This document shows positions 8,233 to 17,701 of a DNA stretch of 35,468 bases, one piece after another. The notes under the pieces are model-generated. The model was not told the origin of the DNA. It made no database searches and saw only the letters and a list, made by a program, of their open reading frames with translations. The first letter of the stretch is position 1. Each line of letters starts with the position of its first letter. The translations under genes and the position numbers were made by a program. Source of the stretch: a virus; the UHGV virus genome UHGV-0114740; one strand, 5' to 3'.

Positions 8233-9471
8233 ACGGTAAATCTGGCTTCTGGCGCATTACAAAAAAACCAGAACGGCGCGGATATTCCTGATAAGGATCG
8301 CTTCCTGAGTAACATTAATGTTTACAGCAAAGGCGAGGTGGATAAGAAAAAAGGAATGCGGCAGTACGCATTTAATGCGCCGTCTAATGCAGTTGGTGGA
8401 AAGTGGTATCCAGTTATTTTCCGGCGTTCCACAGGCAGCACTGGCGAGCTGGCTTCCAGAGTGATTATAACGACCACATCTGCCAGTGGTGATTACGCAA
8501 TGAATAACTGCGAATTCAATGGAATGGTAATGCCTGGTGGCTGGACTGATCGTGGTTCATATGCGGCAGGTTATTTTTCGACGTATCAGACTAATGAGCG
8601 CGCAATCCATTCCATTGTAACAAGCCTTAAAGAAGATGATGTATGCAGCGTTTTTTACGTTGAAGGCAGGGCTTTTCCTGTGCGAGTTTTTGCCGAAGAA
8701 GGGCTAACGGTTATTGTTCCAACTCAGGATTATACCGTCGGTCAAACAACATATAAGTGGGGAGCAACTAATCCCGCGACAGAAAGCACGAACGCACAAG
8801 CCATTCTGGATTTTAACAATGGGCGAGGGTTTTATTGTTCTCACTCAATATTCGGTATTAATGCCATTTTTAGCGGAAATCTGGGGATTGGAACGGCTAA
8901 TGCCCTGGGGGGAAATTCAATAGTTTTAGGAGATAACGATACTGGGTTTAAACAAAATGGTGATGGGGTGCTGGATGCTTATGCTAATGGTGTGCATGTA
9001 TTCCGCTTTAGAAATGGCTCAGCAATATCATTAAAGGGTATTCAGGCTGGGGAAAGTAAGTTATTCACACTTTCAAGTGCAAATACCGCTGCCCGTAATG
9101 CATCATTTAACTTGTGGGGAAATTCGTCAAGACCAACTGTTGCAGAGCTTGGTGATGATTCAGGCTGGCATTTCTATAGTCAGCGAAATACAGATAACTC
9201 GGTGACATTTGCTGTAAACGGTCAGATACAACCAAGCAACTGGGGTAACATTGATTCCAGATATGTGAAAGATGTTCGGCTTGGCTCACAGCAATATTAT
9301 GGTGTGAACAACTGGCAAACATGGAACTTCCAGTGCCCTTCAGGTCATGTATTGTCTGGTATAAATGTTCAGGATACAGGTTCCAACTCCGCCGATAATA
9401 TTGCGGGTGTTTATTACAGACCCGTTCAAAAGTATATAAATGGCACATGGTATAATGTAGCGAGCGTTTAA
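8224..9471 (+). CDS. Alternative tail-fibre C-terminal cassette (silent in this orientation)
   Basis: Begins [21 protein letters not shown], the same junction peptide found inside H ([21 protein letters not shown]), then diverges; ends ...[11 protein letters not shown] versus H ...INGTWYNAGSI. No independent start expected. Confidence 0.75.
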   Translation: MQETVNLASGALQKNQNGADIPDKDRFLSNINVYSKGEVDKKKGMRQYAFNAPSNAVGGKWYPVIFRRSTGSTGELASRVIITTTSASGDYAMNNCEFNGMVMPGGWTDRGSYAAGYFSTYQTNERAIHSIVTSLKEDDVCSVFYVEGRAFPVRVFAEEGLTVIVPTQDYTVGQTTYKWGATNPATESTNAQAILDFNNGRGFYCSHSIFGINAIFSGNLGIGTANALGGNSIVLGDNDTGFKQNGDGVLDAYANGVHVFRFRNGSAISLKGIQAGESKLFTLSSANTAARNASFNLWGNSSRPTVAELGDDSGWHFYSQRNTDNSVTFAVNGQIQPSNWGNIDSRYVKDVRLGSQQYYGVNNWQTWNFQCPSGHVLSGINVQDTGSNSADNIAGVYYRPVQKYINGTWYNVASV

Positions 9472-9472
9472 T

Positions 9473-10000
9473 ATGATGCACTTAAAGAACATAAAAGCGG
9501 GTAACGCTAAAACACTGGAACAGTATGAGTTAACAAAGAAGCATGGAGTCATCTGGCTTTACACTGAAGACGGGAAAAACTGGTATGAGGAAGTGAAGAA
9601 CTTTCAGTCAGACACAATAAAGATTGTTTACGATGAAAATAATATTATTGTCGCTATCACCAGAGATGCTTCAACGCTTAATCCTGAAGGTTTTAGCGTT
9701 GTTGAGGTTCCTGATATTACCTCCAACCGACGTGCTGACGACTCAGGTAAATGGATGTTTAAGGATGGTGCTGTGGTTAAACGGATTTATACGGCAGATG
9801 AACAGCAACAACAGGCAGAATCACAAAAGGCCGCGTTACTTTCCGAAGCGGAAAGCGTTATTCAGCCACTGGAACGCGCTGTCAGGCTGAATATGGCGAC
9901 GGATGAGGAATGCGCACGACTGGAGTCATGGGAACGCTACAGTGTTATGGTCAGCCGTGTGGATACGGCAAAGCCCGAATGGCCACAAAAGCCTGAGTAA
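9473..10000 (+). CDS. Tail fibre assembly chaperone, alternative copy
   Basis: 175 aa, [11 protein letters not shown]...; paralogous to the chaperone at 10029..10562 and directly follows the alternative fibre cassette. Confidence 0.8.
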   Translation: MMHLKNIKAGNAKTLEQYELTKKHGVIWLYTEDGKNWYEEVKNFQSDTIKIVYDENNIIVAITRDASTLNPEGFSVVEVPDITSNRRADDSGKWMFKDGAVVKRIYTADEQQQQAESQKAALLSEAESVIQPLERAVRLNMATDEECARLESWERYSVMVSRVDTAKPEWPQKPE

Positions 10001-10028
10001 AAATTAAGGCCCGATATCAGGCCTTCTC

Positions 10029-10562
10029 TCATTCTGGTTGTTCGGGAAACGTTACTGGCAGGCTGGAAGTGTCTGTAGATTCGACTTTCTGCGCAAAGAG
10101 CATCCACTCTGTTAATTTTTGTTTATTCTCGTCGGAAATGATGCCCAGCCGTAGCTGTGAGTCCCATAGCTGGGTTTTATCCCTGACGAGCTGTAGCAGG
10201 CTTTGCTTTTCATTTTCCGCCTGCTGCCTCTGCTCTTCCTCGGTATAAGTTCGCTTTACCACTACGCCATCTTTGAACATCCATTTACCCGAAATGTCAG
10301 CACGGCGATTTGCTGTAATATCAGGTAATTCAACGACGCTTGCGCCTTCCGGATTAATTGCTGAAACATCCTTTTCAATACAAATAATAACGCCGTTATG
10401 GTCATAGACCATTTTCAAAGTGTCTGGCTGGAAATTCTTTTGTTCCTCATACCAGTTTTTTCCATCCTCTGAATAAAGCCATTTGATGTTAAATTGTTTC
10501 GTTAGCTGGTATTGCTCTTTTGTTTTAGGGTTGCCAGCAGTAATGTTTTTTAAGTGCATCAT
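10029..10562 (-). CDS. Tail fibre assembly chaperone (G-like), expressed copy
   Basis: 177 aa, MMHLKNITAGN...; immediately downstream of H on the same strand, as P2 G follows H. Confidence 0.8.
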   Translation of the reverse strand: MMHLKNITAGNPKTKEQYQLTKQFNIKWLYSEDGKNWYEEQKNFQPDTLKMVYDHNGVIICIEKDVSAINPEGASVVELPDITANRRADISGKWMFKDGVVVKRTYTEEEQRQQAENEKQSLLQLVRDKTQLWDSQLRLGIISDENKQKLTEWMLFAQKVESTDTSSLPVTFPEQPE

Positions 10563-10564
10563 CG

Positions 10565-12799
10565 TTAAATACTCCCCGCGTTATACCACGTCCCATTAAT
10601 GCAATACTGAACTGGCCTTGCCTGAGTTGTATCAATTAATTCATCACGGTTTCCGTTAACTGAACCCGTAACGACATAACCTGACCTGTCAGACCAGCCG
10701 GGACCATTCCATGTCTGAACAGATGACAGACCGCCCAAGCGAATACCTGTAATAAACCTTGAATTACATTCTGCCTGCGTATATGCACCAACATCCCCCG
10801 CAGAGGGTTTGCGGGTTGTGGTGTAAAACTCTGACCAGTTAGCTTCAAAGCCATAACCATCACGCGCTGAACGATAAAAGATACCGCCGTTCCTGTAATT
10901 CACGCGGAACTGTACAGCAGGGCAACTCCCCGCATTCATATTGAAGTGGAGGATTAATGTCGATGCACCACTGATATCTGCATCATAAACACCGCTATTC
11001 CAGTTCCAGCCAACAGCTTTATCATTTGCGACCCTGCGTCCTGTTTGCCCTAAAGCAAATGCAGGCTGCTGGTTTTTCGTGTTGTAGTCTCGTCGCCAGC
11101 CAGGAGCATAAGCATCACCATGATTAATATAGGTGAATTGAGCGTTAGTAATTCCGCCGCCGCTGGACGTACTCGGCGTAGTAACGCGTATGGTCATTGC
11201 GCCGCGAGTGCCAATAACTTCCACCACAGCACCTGCAAGACAAATATTTCCGCAACCTGTATCTGTAATGACCTTATTATTTGCATAAGCCCATGAGCCT
11301 TTGCACATCCAGTAAGGATGGTTAAATGCCCCCTGACTCTCCAGCCACGAAATAAATTGCGCAGTTGTCCAGACCTGACTATCGCCACCAATATTCAGCC
11401 ATGCGCTATATGCGCGGCAGGCACCAATGTTTTTGGTGAAGGTATCTTTACCCGGAATATCTGCGCCGTTCTGGTTTTTCTGTAATGCGCCAGAAGCCTG
11501 ATTTACCGTTTCCTGTAAACCGAGGTATTCGATAACGGCAGCAACGGTCGATTTCGCAAGAATATCCCGCCCGACTTTTGTCAGGGTTGCCAGGCTGGCG
11601 ACATCATTCCCCGTAAAATACGGAAACCTGTCTGCCGCAGTAGCAAGCCCGGCCAGCGCCGTCAGGGTGGCATCTTTCGGTTGCTTACCCGCAAGCGCGT
11701 TAGTCATGGTGGTCGCAAAATTCGGGTCGTTTCCCAGCGCCGCCGCTAACTTGTTCAGCGTATTCAGTGCGTCAGGTGACGAATCTACAAGGGCGGCAAT
11801 CGCAGCCATAACGAAAGCCGTGCTTGCGATTTGGGTATTATTCGTTCCCTGTCGCGCAGTTGGCGTTGTTGGCGTTCCGGTCAGCGCAGGACTGTTTAAA
11901 GGCGCTTTCTTGTTCGTTTCATCCATTACCGCCTTAACCGCTTTTGGTGTCGCAGCCAGCGTTTCAGACGGGCTGTTAGTGGCGCTACTGAGCTGAACTA
12001 TCCCTTTTCGTGCCGTCGTTGCGTCCTGAGCGGTATATTTTGCGTTAGCAAGGTCATATGCCGCCTTTACTGCTTTCGGCGTTGCAGCCTGCGTTTCAGA
12101 CGTGCTGTTGGTTGCACTGCTGAGCTGGACTATCCCTTTTCGTGCCGTCGTGGCGTCCTGAGCGGTATATTTTCCGTTAGCCAGGTCATACGCGGCCTTA
12201 ACCGCTTTCGGCGTTGCGGCCAGCGTTTCAGAATCGCTGTTAGTGGCGCTACTGAGTTGAACAAAGCCTTTTGCGGTCAGCGAGGCATCCGGGTGACGTC
12301 GTGACTGTTCATGCTCTTTCAGTTTGTCATCCACGTAATCCACTGTGGCCATCACCATGGTGTTATCCACGGTAAGCGCCACGCTGGCAGTGCTGGATAC
12401 GGTCAGAATGGTGCGAAATGTTTGTGCACGTCCGGACCCCTCGGCAACGGTTGGCTTGTAACTTTCGGCAGTATTGCCCACCGCGATTAAATCGCCGTGC
12501 TCATCAAATACACCAATTTCCCGGATCCAGAATCCGCCCGTTTCAGGAGGTATAACCAGCTCCGCAATAATGCGGTTCTGATGTGTTGCGTCCAGGATGA
12601 CGCGATTAACAGTGTGTCGCCACACCTCATGCACCAGACGGGTCTGCTTACTGTCTGGTGTGGGCAACGTGCCGCCACCGTCGCCCACGGCCATATGAGT
12701 CAGGCGGACAGGCTTACCATCTGGCGCGGCTGCCTGAGCTAATTTTTTTGCACCTGTATCGGTGATAACGGTTTTAAATTTTCGTGTTGTGGTACTCAT
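10565..12799 (-). CDS. H: Tail fibre protein H (constant N-terminal part plus currently joined variable C-terminal cassette)
   Basis: 744 aa; internal tandem fibre repeats; the C-terminal ~315 aa lie inside the invertible segment. Confidence 0.9.
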   Translation of the reverse strand: MSTTTRKFKTVITDTGAKKLAQAAAPDGKPVRLTHMAVGDGGGTLPTPDSKQTRLVHEVWRHTVNRVILDATHQNRIIAELVIPPETGGFWIREIGVFDEHGDLIAVGNTAESYKPTVAEGSGRAQTFRTILTVSSTASVALTVDNTMVMATVDYVDDKLKEHEQSRRHPDASLTAKGFVQLSSATNSDSETLAATPKAVKAAYDLANGKYTAQDATTARKGIVQLSSATNSTSETQAATPKAVKAAYDLANAKYTAQDATTARKGIVQLSSATNSPSETLAATPKAVKAVMDETNKKAPLNSPALTGTPTTPTARQGTNNTQIASTAFVMAAIAALVDSSPDALNTLNKLAAALGNDPNFATTMTNALAGKQPKDATLTALAGLATAADRFPYFTGNDVASLATLTKVGRDILAKSTVAAVIEYLGLQETVNQASGALQKNQNGADIPGKDTFTKNIGACRAYSAWLNIGGDSQVWTTAQFISWLESQGAFNHPYWMCKGSWAYANNKVITDTGCGNICLAGAVVEVIGTRGAMTIRVTTPSTSSGGGITNAQFTYINHGDAYAPGWRRDYNTKNQQPAFALGQTGRRVANDKAVGWNWNSGVYDADISGASTLILHFNMNAGSCPAVQFRVNYRNGGIFYRSARDGYGFEANWSEFYTTTRKPSAGDVGAYTQAECNSRFITGIRLGGLSSVQTWNGPGWSDRSGYVVTGSVNGNRDELIDTTQARPVQYCINGTWYNAGSI
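11510..11535. promoter_or_regulatory. gix/hix-like 26-bp inversion crossover site (right, inside H)
   Basis: TTCCTGTAAACCGAGGTATTCGATAA, inverted relative to the site at 8207..8232; encodes the conserved junction EYLGLQETV. Confidence 0.65.
11929..12271 (-). repeat. Three tandem ~105-bp coding repeats in the tail fibre gene
   Basis: Protein repeats KG(F/I)VQLSSATNS.SET.AATPKAVKAAYDLAN.KYTAQDATTAR x3, visible as near-identical DNA blocks. Confidence 0.8.
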
Positions 12800-12801
12800 G
12801 C

Positions 12802-13332
12802 TTAATCGTCCGGATAAATGGTAATAACTTCACCGTCATAAGTTGCCGCCGCTGCAAAAATATCCCCCGGAATTTCCTGAATGATATTCAGCCCTGTCAT
12901 GTGGCGGCTGACTGGACGGGCATCAGCAATCAACCGCTCCATTTCCAGATACATTTCCTCAGTCACACCACTGTCCAGCGTGCCAACATCAACCTTGAAT
13001 GTTCCGGGTTCGCCGTCGAACTCCCACCACTCAGACACGCGAATGAGGTATCCCAGCGACTCAATGGCCCGGCGCAGTGCGCTGATGGTCCCTTTGTGTC
13101 GGTGTATCAGCCATGCATCACGAATAACCTGTCGCTTTGTCTCTTCCGGCCAGTTGCGATCCCAGCGGTCAACGGAAAATGCCCAGGCGAGATAAGGCAG
13201 CAGATGCACCGGGCAGGTGTCCGGTGACCACAGCGTGTTGAGGTCTACCGGGATGTTTGTAATGCGCGCTCCGACAGCTTCGGCGCAACGCATGAAATTG
13301 CTGGCTGATGGTGGTAACAGTGAATTACTCAT
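12802..13332 (-). CDS. I: Baseplate assembly protein I
   Basis: Translation has WSPDTCP..LLPYLAWAFSVDRWD and MERLIADARPVSRH blocks matching P2 gpI; start chosen at the internal Met after J. Confidence 0.85.
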   Translation of the reverse strand: MSNSLLPPSASNFMRCAEAVGARITNIPVDLNTLWSPDTCPVHLLPYLAWAFSVDRWDRNWPEETKRQVIRDAWLIHRHKGTISALRRAIESLGYLIRVSEWWEFDGEPGTFKVDVGTLDSGVTEEMYLEMERLIADARPVSRHMTGLNIIQEIPGDIFAAAATYDGEVITIYPDD

Positions 13333-14221
13333 TACGCCCACCTTCGCTGATGGTGAATGACTCACAGCGCGCCGCCTGTATGTCGCTAATGGCCATATTC
13401 TGTGTGGGTTCGATTATCTCCACGCGTTGCACACCGTGCACATGCAGTGCGGCAGCAATGGCGGACAACGCCACATCCTGACCGATAAGCCCCTGCTCAG
13501 CCAGCCACTTCCTGAACGACGATTCAGCCGCAGCCAGAATAGGTTCGGATTCCGGGCCGGGGTAAAAGTACAGTTTTGCATTCAGCCGCCATGTCACGAT
13601 TCTGGCACTCTGTACGGTCAGGCGGTCGGCCACCGGGCGGGTATCCTCTGCATTCAGAACGGCGCGAACGGTATTAAGCAACGCCTCCGTTGCTGTGCCG
13701 TCGCCTTCAGTGGACAGAATGGAAACCGTCACATTTGCCGGAGACGGACTGATAGCCCGCGCATCACGCACCAGACCGCTGGCGCTGCGGGCAAAATACT
13801 CGTATGCACCTGACGGGCCAGCAACACTCAGGCCGTCGTACGCCCGCTGCGCCCGCAGTCTCAGCGAGGTGTCGCTCTCCATCACCGCGTCGGTGGTATC
13901 TGTTGCCGGAGTGATAACCAGGCGCTTTGTGTTCATATTGCCCGCGAGGTTGTCCAGGTCTGTCCCGGCGCTGTGACTTAACATGCAGGCGCGTGCACCC
14001 TCATTGACCCGCTGGCGTAACAGCATTTCACGAAAAGACATGATTTGAGCGATAACGTTCAGTGGTTCTGATTCCAGTTCCAGCGCGGCGGAGACGGCTT
14101 CACGCTGTTCGGCGGGATAAGCCGCAATCATCATGGCCTTTGTGTCAGCCAGAATTGCCTCAAAATCAGGCTCCGCGATGATGGCGGGTTCCGGTAACTG
14201 GGAAAGGTCAACGGCAGGCAT
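13325..14221 (-). CDS. J: Baseplate assembly protein J
   Basis: 298 aa, position and size as P2 gpJ, between W and I. Confidence 0.8.
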   Translation of the reverse strand: MPAVDLSQLPEPAIIAEPDFEAILADTKAMMIAAYPAEQREAVSAALELESEPLNVIAQIMSFREMLLRQRVNEGARACMLSHSAGTDLDNLAGNMNTKRLVITPATDTTDAVMESDTSLRLRAQRAYDGLSVAGPSGAYEYFARSASGLVRDARAISPSPANVTVSILSTEGDGTATEALLNTVRAVLNAEDTRPVADRLTVQSARIVTWRLNAKLYFYPGPESEPILAAAESSFRKWLAEQGLIGQDVALSAIAAALHVHGVQRVEIIEPTQNMAISDIQAARCESFTISEGGRNE

Positions 14222-14223
14222 GA

Positions 14224-14574
14224 TTACTCCCTCAGCGTGATGGTTAATTCAACATTCTGCATGGTCTGCATGACAGTGCCCGACAGCGTCACCCCGGCGC
14301 GGCCTCCCGCTTTCCAGACAACGTCGATGGCATCCAGGGCAATGCGGGGTTCCCATCGTGTCAGCGCAATCACGGCAGCACTCATGCATTGCAGACGCGT
14401 GGTGTTATTCATGGGTTCGTCAATCAAATCAGGCACAAGGCTGCCATATTCCCGTCGCATAACCCGGCTTGCCAGCGGGGTGGTCAGGATGTCCCTGACT
14501 GACTGTTTCAGGTGCTCCATATCGTTCAGGTTTCCCGTTCCGTCCGGGTTCATTCCTGTGTAGCGGGTTGTCAC
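14224..14574 (-). CDS. W: Baseplate protein W
   Basis: 116 aa; size and order (V-W-J-I) as in P2. Confidence 0.75.
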   Translation of the reverse strand: MTTRYTGMNPDGTGNLNDMEHLKQSVRDILTTPLASRVMRREYGSLVPDLIDEPMNNTTRLQCMSAAVIALTRWEPRIALDAIDVVWKAGGRAGVTLSGTVMQTMQNVELTITLRE

Positions 14575-15152
14575 TGCGGGCCTCCTGTCGAATCGCTGCC
14601 ACCTTTAACGCCACCGTGTTTATGCGTATGCACGGTAATGCCGTTTGAGGTGAAGTTGCCGCCGCTGTGCGTGATATTGCCGCTCATCTTTCCTCCTTTT
14701 GTGACGTCAAGCGTCGCCGTTCTCAGAAGGTTTGTGCATTCCACGACGGGCGTATCCAGTTTCACGCTGACGGATGCCTGTAAAGTGGCCGTTTTCATGC
14801 CGCTGGCGCTCAGTGCGCCTGCGTCCGCGTCGTAGCTGAACACCGCGCCATCCGGCGCGCTGACCACGATTTCTTTCAGGCTTTTGCCGGGGGCCGGACT
14901 GGCATCACTCCACAGGCTGCCAATTATCATGGCGGTTTCCGGGTTGCCGCCAATGCAGGCAATTGCCACCTGTTCGCCGGGTGATGGCGGCAGCCACACA
15001 TTGAAGGCTCCCGCGCGCGTGGTGTTCCAGCGCAACCAGCCTGTTTCCAGTTCGCCGCTGCGAACGCGCACGCACCAGGATTCCTCATCAACTTCAGAGA
15101 TGATCCCGGTGCGGATGATGTTGCTCAGCAGTCGCATGAGTTCTGCGCTCAC
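14571..15152 (-). CDS. V: Baseplate spike/assembly protein V
   Basis: 193 aa; ATGA overlap with W; order as in P2. Confidence 0.75.
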   Translation of the reverse strand: MSAELMRLLSNIIRTGIISEVDEESWCVRVRSGELETGWLRWNTTRAGAFNVWLPPSPGEQVAIACIGGNPETAMIIGSLWSDASPAPGKSLKEIVVSAPDGAVFSYDADAGALSASGMKTATLQASVSVKLDTPVVECTNLLRTATLDVTKGGKMSGNITHSGGNFTSNGITVHTHKHGGVKGGSDSTGGPQ

Positions 15153-15793
15153 CGTACAGCCTCCGCAATCCGGCCCAGCACCGTGTTATAAATCAGGCGT
15201 TCATCTGCCTGGCTGATACCCAGCAGCTCACGTACCGGGTAATCGGTGAAAATGCCCGGCGCAACCTGATCGCGCTCACCGAACTGATGAACGCGTGCAA
15301 TACGTGCGGCCACGCCGCTGTAACCCACCGTCACACCGGAAGCATCTGCACGGGCTTTCAGGTAGCGGGCGGTGCGCAGTTTTACGAACATGGGGACGCG
15401 CTTTGTGCTGTCCTGGTTGATGCGCCGGGTGCGTATTTCCAGAAAACGGTCGATGTCATCCCGGTAAAACGTGCGGATATTGTTTTTATCCTCATCCCAC
15501 CCGGTAATGGTTCGCCCGTATTTCCCCGTGTCGTGATGCCAGTTTTTCAGCGTGCGTGCTTCGTTATTCCAGATAAAGCGAATGCGCTCCTGTATCCGGG
15601 TTACGCGGCGTCTGCGTGGTGTCCATGCAGTCCCGTCCGGCGCTTTCTGTGACCGGATACGTGCCTGCTGGGCGCGGCGTAAATCCTGTGCCAGCTTTCT
15701 GGCGATGTTATTGATGGCCTGCTGATTCAGGCTGTCGCGGATGGCCTCAAAGGTTTCATCCACGCGGGTGAATGCCTTATCCATCGCTTTCAC
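15149..15793 (-). CDS. S: Virion morphogenesis / tail completion protein (gpS-like)
   Basis: 214 aa, basic; sits between R and V as P2 S does but is longer than I remember P2 S to be. Confidence 0.6.
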   Translation of the reverse strand: MKAMDKAFTRVDETFEAIRDSLNQQAINNIARKLAQDLRRAQQARIRSQKAPDGTAWTPRRRRVTRIQERIRFIWNNEARTLKNWHHDTGKYGRTITGWDEDKNNIRTFYRDDIDRFLEIRTRRINQDSTKRVPMFVKLRTARYLKARADASGVTVGYSGVAARIARVHQFGERDQVAPGIFTDYPVRELLGISQADERLIYNTVLGRIAEAVR

Positions 15794-16244
15794 CCCACGT
15801 CACATCCTGGAATACATGCGACCAGTCGCCTTCGGAAGATGGCAGGCGGGGTTTTGGCTCCGGCAGGTGTTCTGCCTGCGGTGTGCCCTGACTGCTGCAC
15901 GTGATGCGAACGCGTTCCCGCAGGGGGAGCGTAAACAGGAGATCGGCGCTGTCATCGTCATTGATAACGGCGGAGAATTTGATGTCCTGATTACGCTCCG
16001 GATTGAGCAACAACTGTGGCTGATTTTCGGATAACCACGCCAGCAGCGGCAGCGTGAGGTCGTCCAGCTCCCCGGCGTAATCCATGACAAACATCACCAT
16101 CTGATAGCGGTAAACAAACGAGGGCGTTTCTCCGGTCGTTTCAATGTTGCCGCTCTCCACGAAAATGGTGAATTTTTCCGGGTTAGCCTGACACCATCGG
16201 CATGAACGGGTCATGGCTTCACGCAGGGAATCAGTTTTCAGCAT
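15777..16244 (-). CDS. R: Tail completion protein R
   Basis: 155 aa; position after the lysis cassette and before S, as in P2. Confidence 0.7.
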   Translation of the reverse strand: MLKTDSLREAMTRSCRWCQANPEKFTIFVESGNIETTGETPSFVYRYQMVMFVMDYAGELDDLTLPLLAWLSENQPQLLLNPERNQDIKFSAVINDDDSADLLFTLPLRERVRITCSSQGTPQAEHLPEPKPRLPSSEGDWSHVFQDVTWGESDG

Positions 16245-16551
16245 GGTTGTTGTCCTCGTTGTTCAGTCGTTGCAGCCTGCGCTGTTCCAGTAATTCAATG
16301 GCCCGTTTATCCGCGTTACAGGTTTCCAGTGCATCCAGAAGGCGGTCGCCCCATATACCGAGATTTCCCCATGTGGGAGTGTCAGGGAAGGGGGGAGGCG
16401 TTACCGGTATGGTCAGCGTCTGCGGTATAAGCCGGACTGACGGCGCTGGCCGTAGCGCGTTCTGCGTGCCTGCGCAGCCTGTCAGTAAAACGAGCGTCAG
16501 GCAAAGCGTGGGCGCATTCATCTTTTGCAATATCGTTGCGTAGCTGTTCAC
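16231..16551 (-). CDS. o-spanin (Rz1-like outer-membrane lipoprotein)
   Basis: Signal peptide with lipobox LLTGC, Pro-rich mature part (PVTPPPFPDTP); lies in a different frame overlapping the 3' end of the i-spanin. True start may be the internal Met (MNAPTLC). Confidence 0.65.
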   Translation of the reverse strand: MNSYATILQKMNAPTLCLTLVLLTGCAGTQNALRPAPSVRLIPQTLTIPVTPPPFPDTPTWGNLGIWGDRLLDALETCNADKRAIELLEQRRLQRLNNEDNNHAEN

Positions 16552-16789
16552 GTCTGACCTCTCCGTCCTGATTGCGTTGCTGATTTTCCACGCGGAGTTG
16601 CGCCAGCACCTGCTGCATATCCTGTACCCCGGCGCTGATGATATTCAGGGTGTCGGCGGTACTTTTCAGGGTGCTGGCCTGTGCTTCGTTTCTGGCGTTC
16701 TCCCGGCCAAGCGACCATGACAGACGCATGGATGTTCCCCATGCGGCAATCAGAAGGAAAGCGACGCCCAGCGTGGGCCAGAGCTTCAT
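16382..16789 (-). CDS. i-spanin (Rz-like inner-membrane spanin)
   Basis: Start placed at MKLWPTLGVAFLLIAAWG (N-terminal TM segment) with ATGA overlap onto the endolysin stop; coiled-coil-like remainder. The track ORF extends further 5' in another protein's coding region. Confidence 0.65.
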   Translation of the reverse strand: MKLWPTLGVAFLLIAAWGTSMRLSWSLGRENARNEAQASTLKSTADTLNIISAGVQDMQQVLAQLRVENQQRNQDGEVRREQLRNDIAKDECAHALPDARFTDRLRRHAERATASAVSPAYTADADHTGNASPLP

Positions 16790-17178
16790 GCCGGATAGGC
16801 TCCGTGTGGTAACTGAAAATGCGGTCCGTCTTTCAGAGTCTTCCAGTCGCCGCCCCATTCCACCGGAATATTCAGTTCCCGGCTGGCCTGTCTGAATGCT
16901 GCTGCGATTTTTTCGTACAGCGGCCATTCCCATGACACCTGGCTGCCGATATAAGCCACAACATCCACGGCATGCCCCGTAAGGTGGCGGCTGTTCATGG
17001 TCTGGCTCTTACCTGTGGCCACCAGTTGCTTCTGGCGGTAACGGCTGCGCACCCCTTCGGTGATACCAAAATCCACTTCCGAGATTTCCAGTGCCCGTCG
17101 GGTCACTTTCACCAGATCAGGATTTACGCCCTGCAAATTCTTTTCGCTCCGGCTGCTGAATTTAAATGTGTTGCTCAT
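16786..17178 (-). CDS. Endolysin, probable zinc peptidase (M15 / L-Ala-D-Glu peptidase type)
   Basis: 130 aa between holin and spanins; motif HLTGHAVDV plus a downstream His is reminiscent of VanY/M15 peptidases. Differs from the P2 K lysozyme-type endolysin. Confidence 0.6.
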   Translation of the reverse strand: MSNTFKFSSRSEKNLQGVNPDLVKVTRRALEISEVDFGITEGVRSRYRQKQLVATGKSQTMNSRHLTGHAVDVVAYIGSQVSWEWPLYEKIAAAFRQASRELNIPVEWGGDWKTLKDGPHFQLPHGAYPA

Positions 17179-17513
17179 TCGTCCTTCTCCTTCACCCTGC
17201 GATTAAAGGCCGCAATAACCTTGTCGCGTGCTTTCTCTGCACCCATAAAACCGATTGATGCGCCGATAAACGTCACGGCATCTTCAGGAAACCCGAAGAA
17301 GCGCAACGACCCGGCCACGGCCATGGCAAGAACGCCGCACGCCAGCGATCCCGTTACGGTCTGAACCAGTGTTCGTCCGTCATAAAGACTCATCAGCGCG
17401 GAAATGCTGACCGCCGCGCCTACTGCATACACCGTTGGCAGGTGGTCAAAGAGCCACGCAATAACCTGCTCTGTGATCCCTGTTTGAATGGTGCTCACTG
17501 CTACTTCCCCCAC
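17175..17513 (-). CDS. Putative holin
   Basis: 112 aa with ~3 hydrophobic helices and a charged C-terminus (RRVKEKDE); position between X and endolysin corresponds to P2 Y. Confidence 0.6.
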   Translation of the reverse strand: MGEVAVSTIQTGITEQVIAWLFDHLPTVYAVGAAVSISALMSLYDGRTLVQTVTGSLACGVLAMAVAGSLRFFGFPEDAVTFIGASIGFMGAEKARDKVIAAFNRRVKEKDE

Positions 17514-17701
17514 AACTGAATCATTTCTCGTTTCTTCTTCTCCGGCTCCGGCATCTCAACTTCCTGCCCGGCGTCCAGAAATACCTGCTGACAGAGTCCG
17601 GGGTTGGCATCCAGCACCTTTTCGGTGACGCCCTGCGTCGTGCCGTAGTACCGGAAACAGAGCGAATCCACGGTGTCGCCTTCCAGTGCCTTCACTTTCA
17701 T
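17501..17701 (-). CDS. X: Tail protein X
   Basis: From internal Met MKVKALEGDTVDSLCFRYYG...ANPGL, resembling P2 gpX (MKTFALQGDTLDAICVRYYG...ANPGL). Confidence 0.8.
   Translation of the reverse strand: MKVKALEGDTVDSLCFRYYGTTQGVTEKVLDANPGLCQQVFLDAGQEVEMPEPEKKKREMIQLWGK

Noticed and set aside
13427-14563. Plus-strand ORFs (128, 93 and 108 aa) within the J and W genes
   Set aside because: Antisense to baseplate genes with conserved order and coupling; no independent support.
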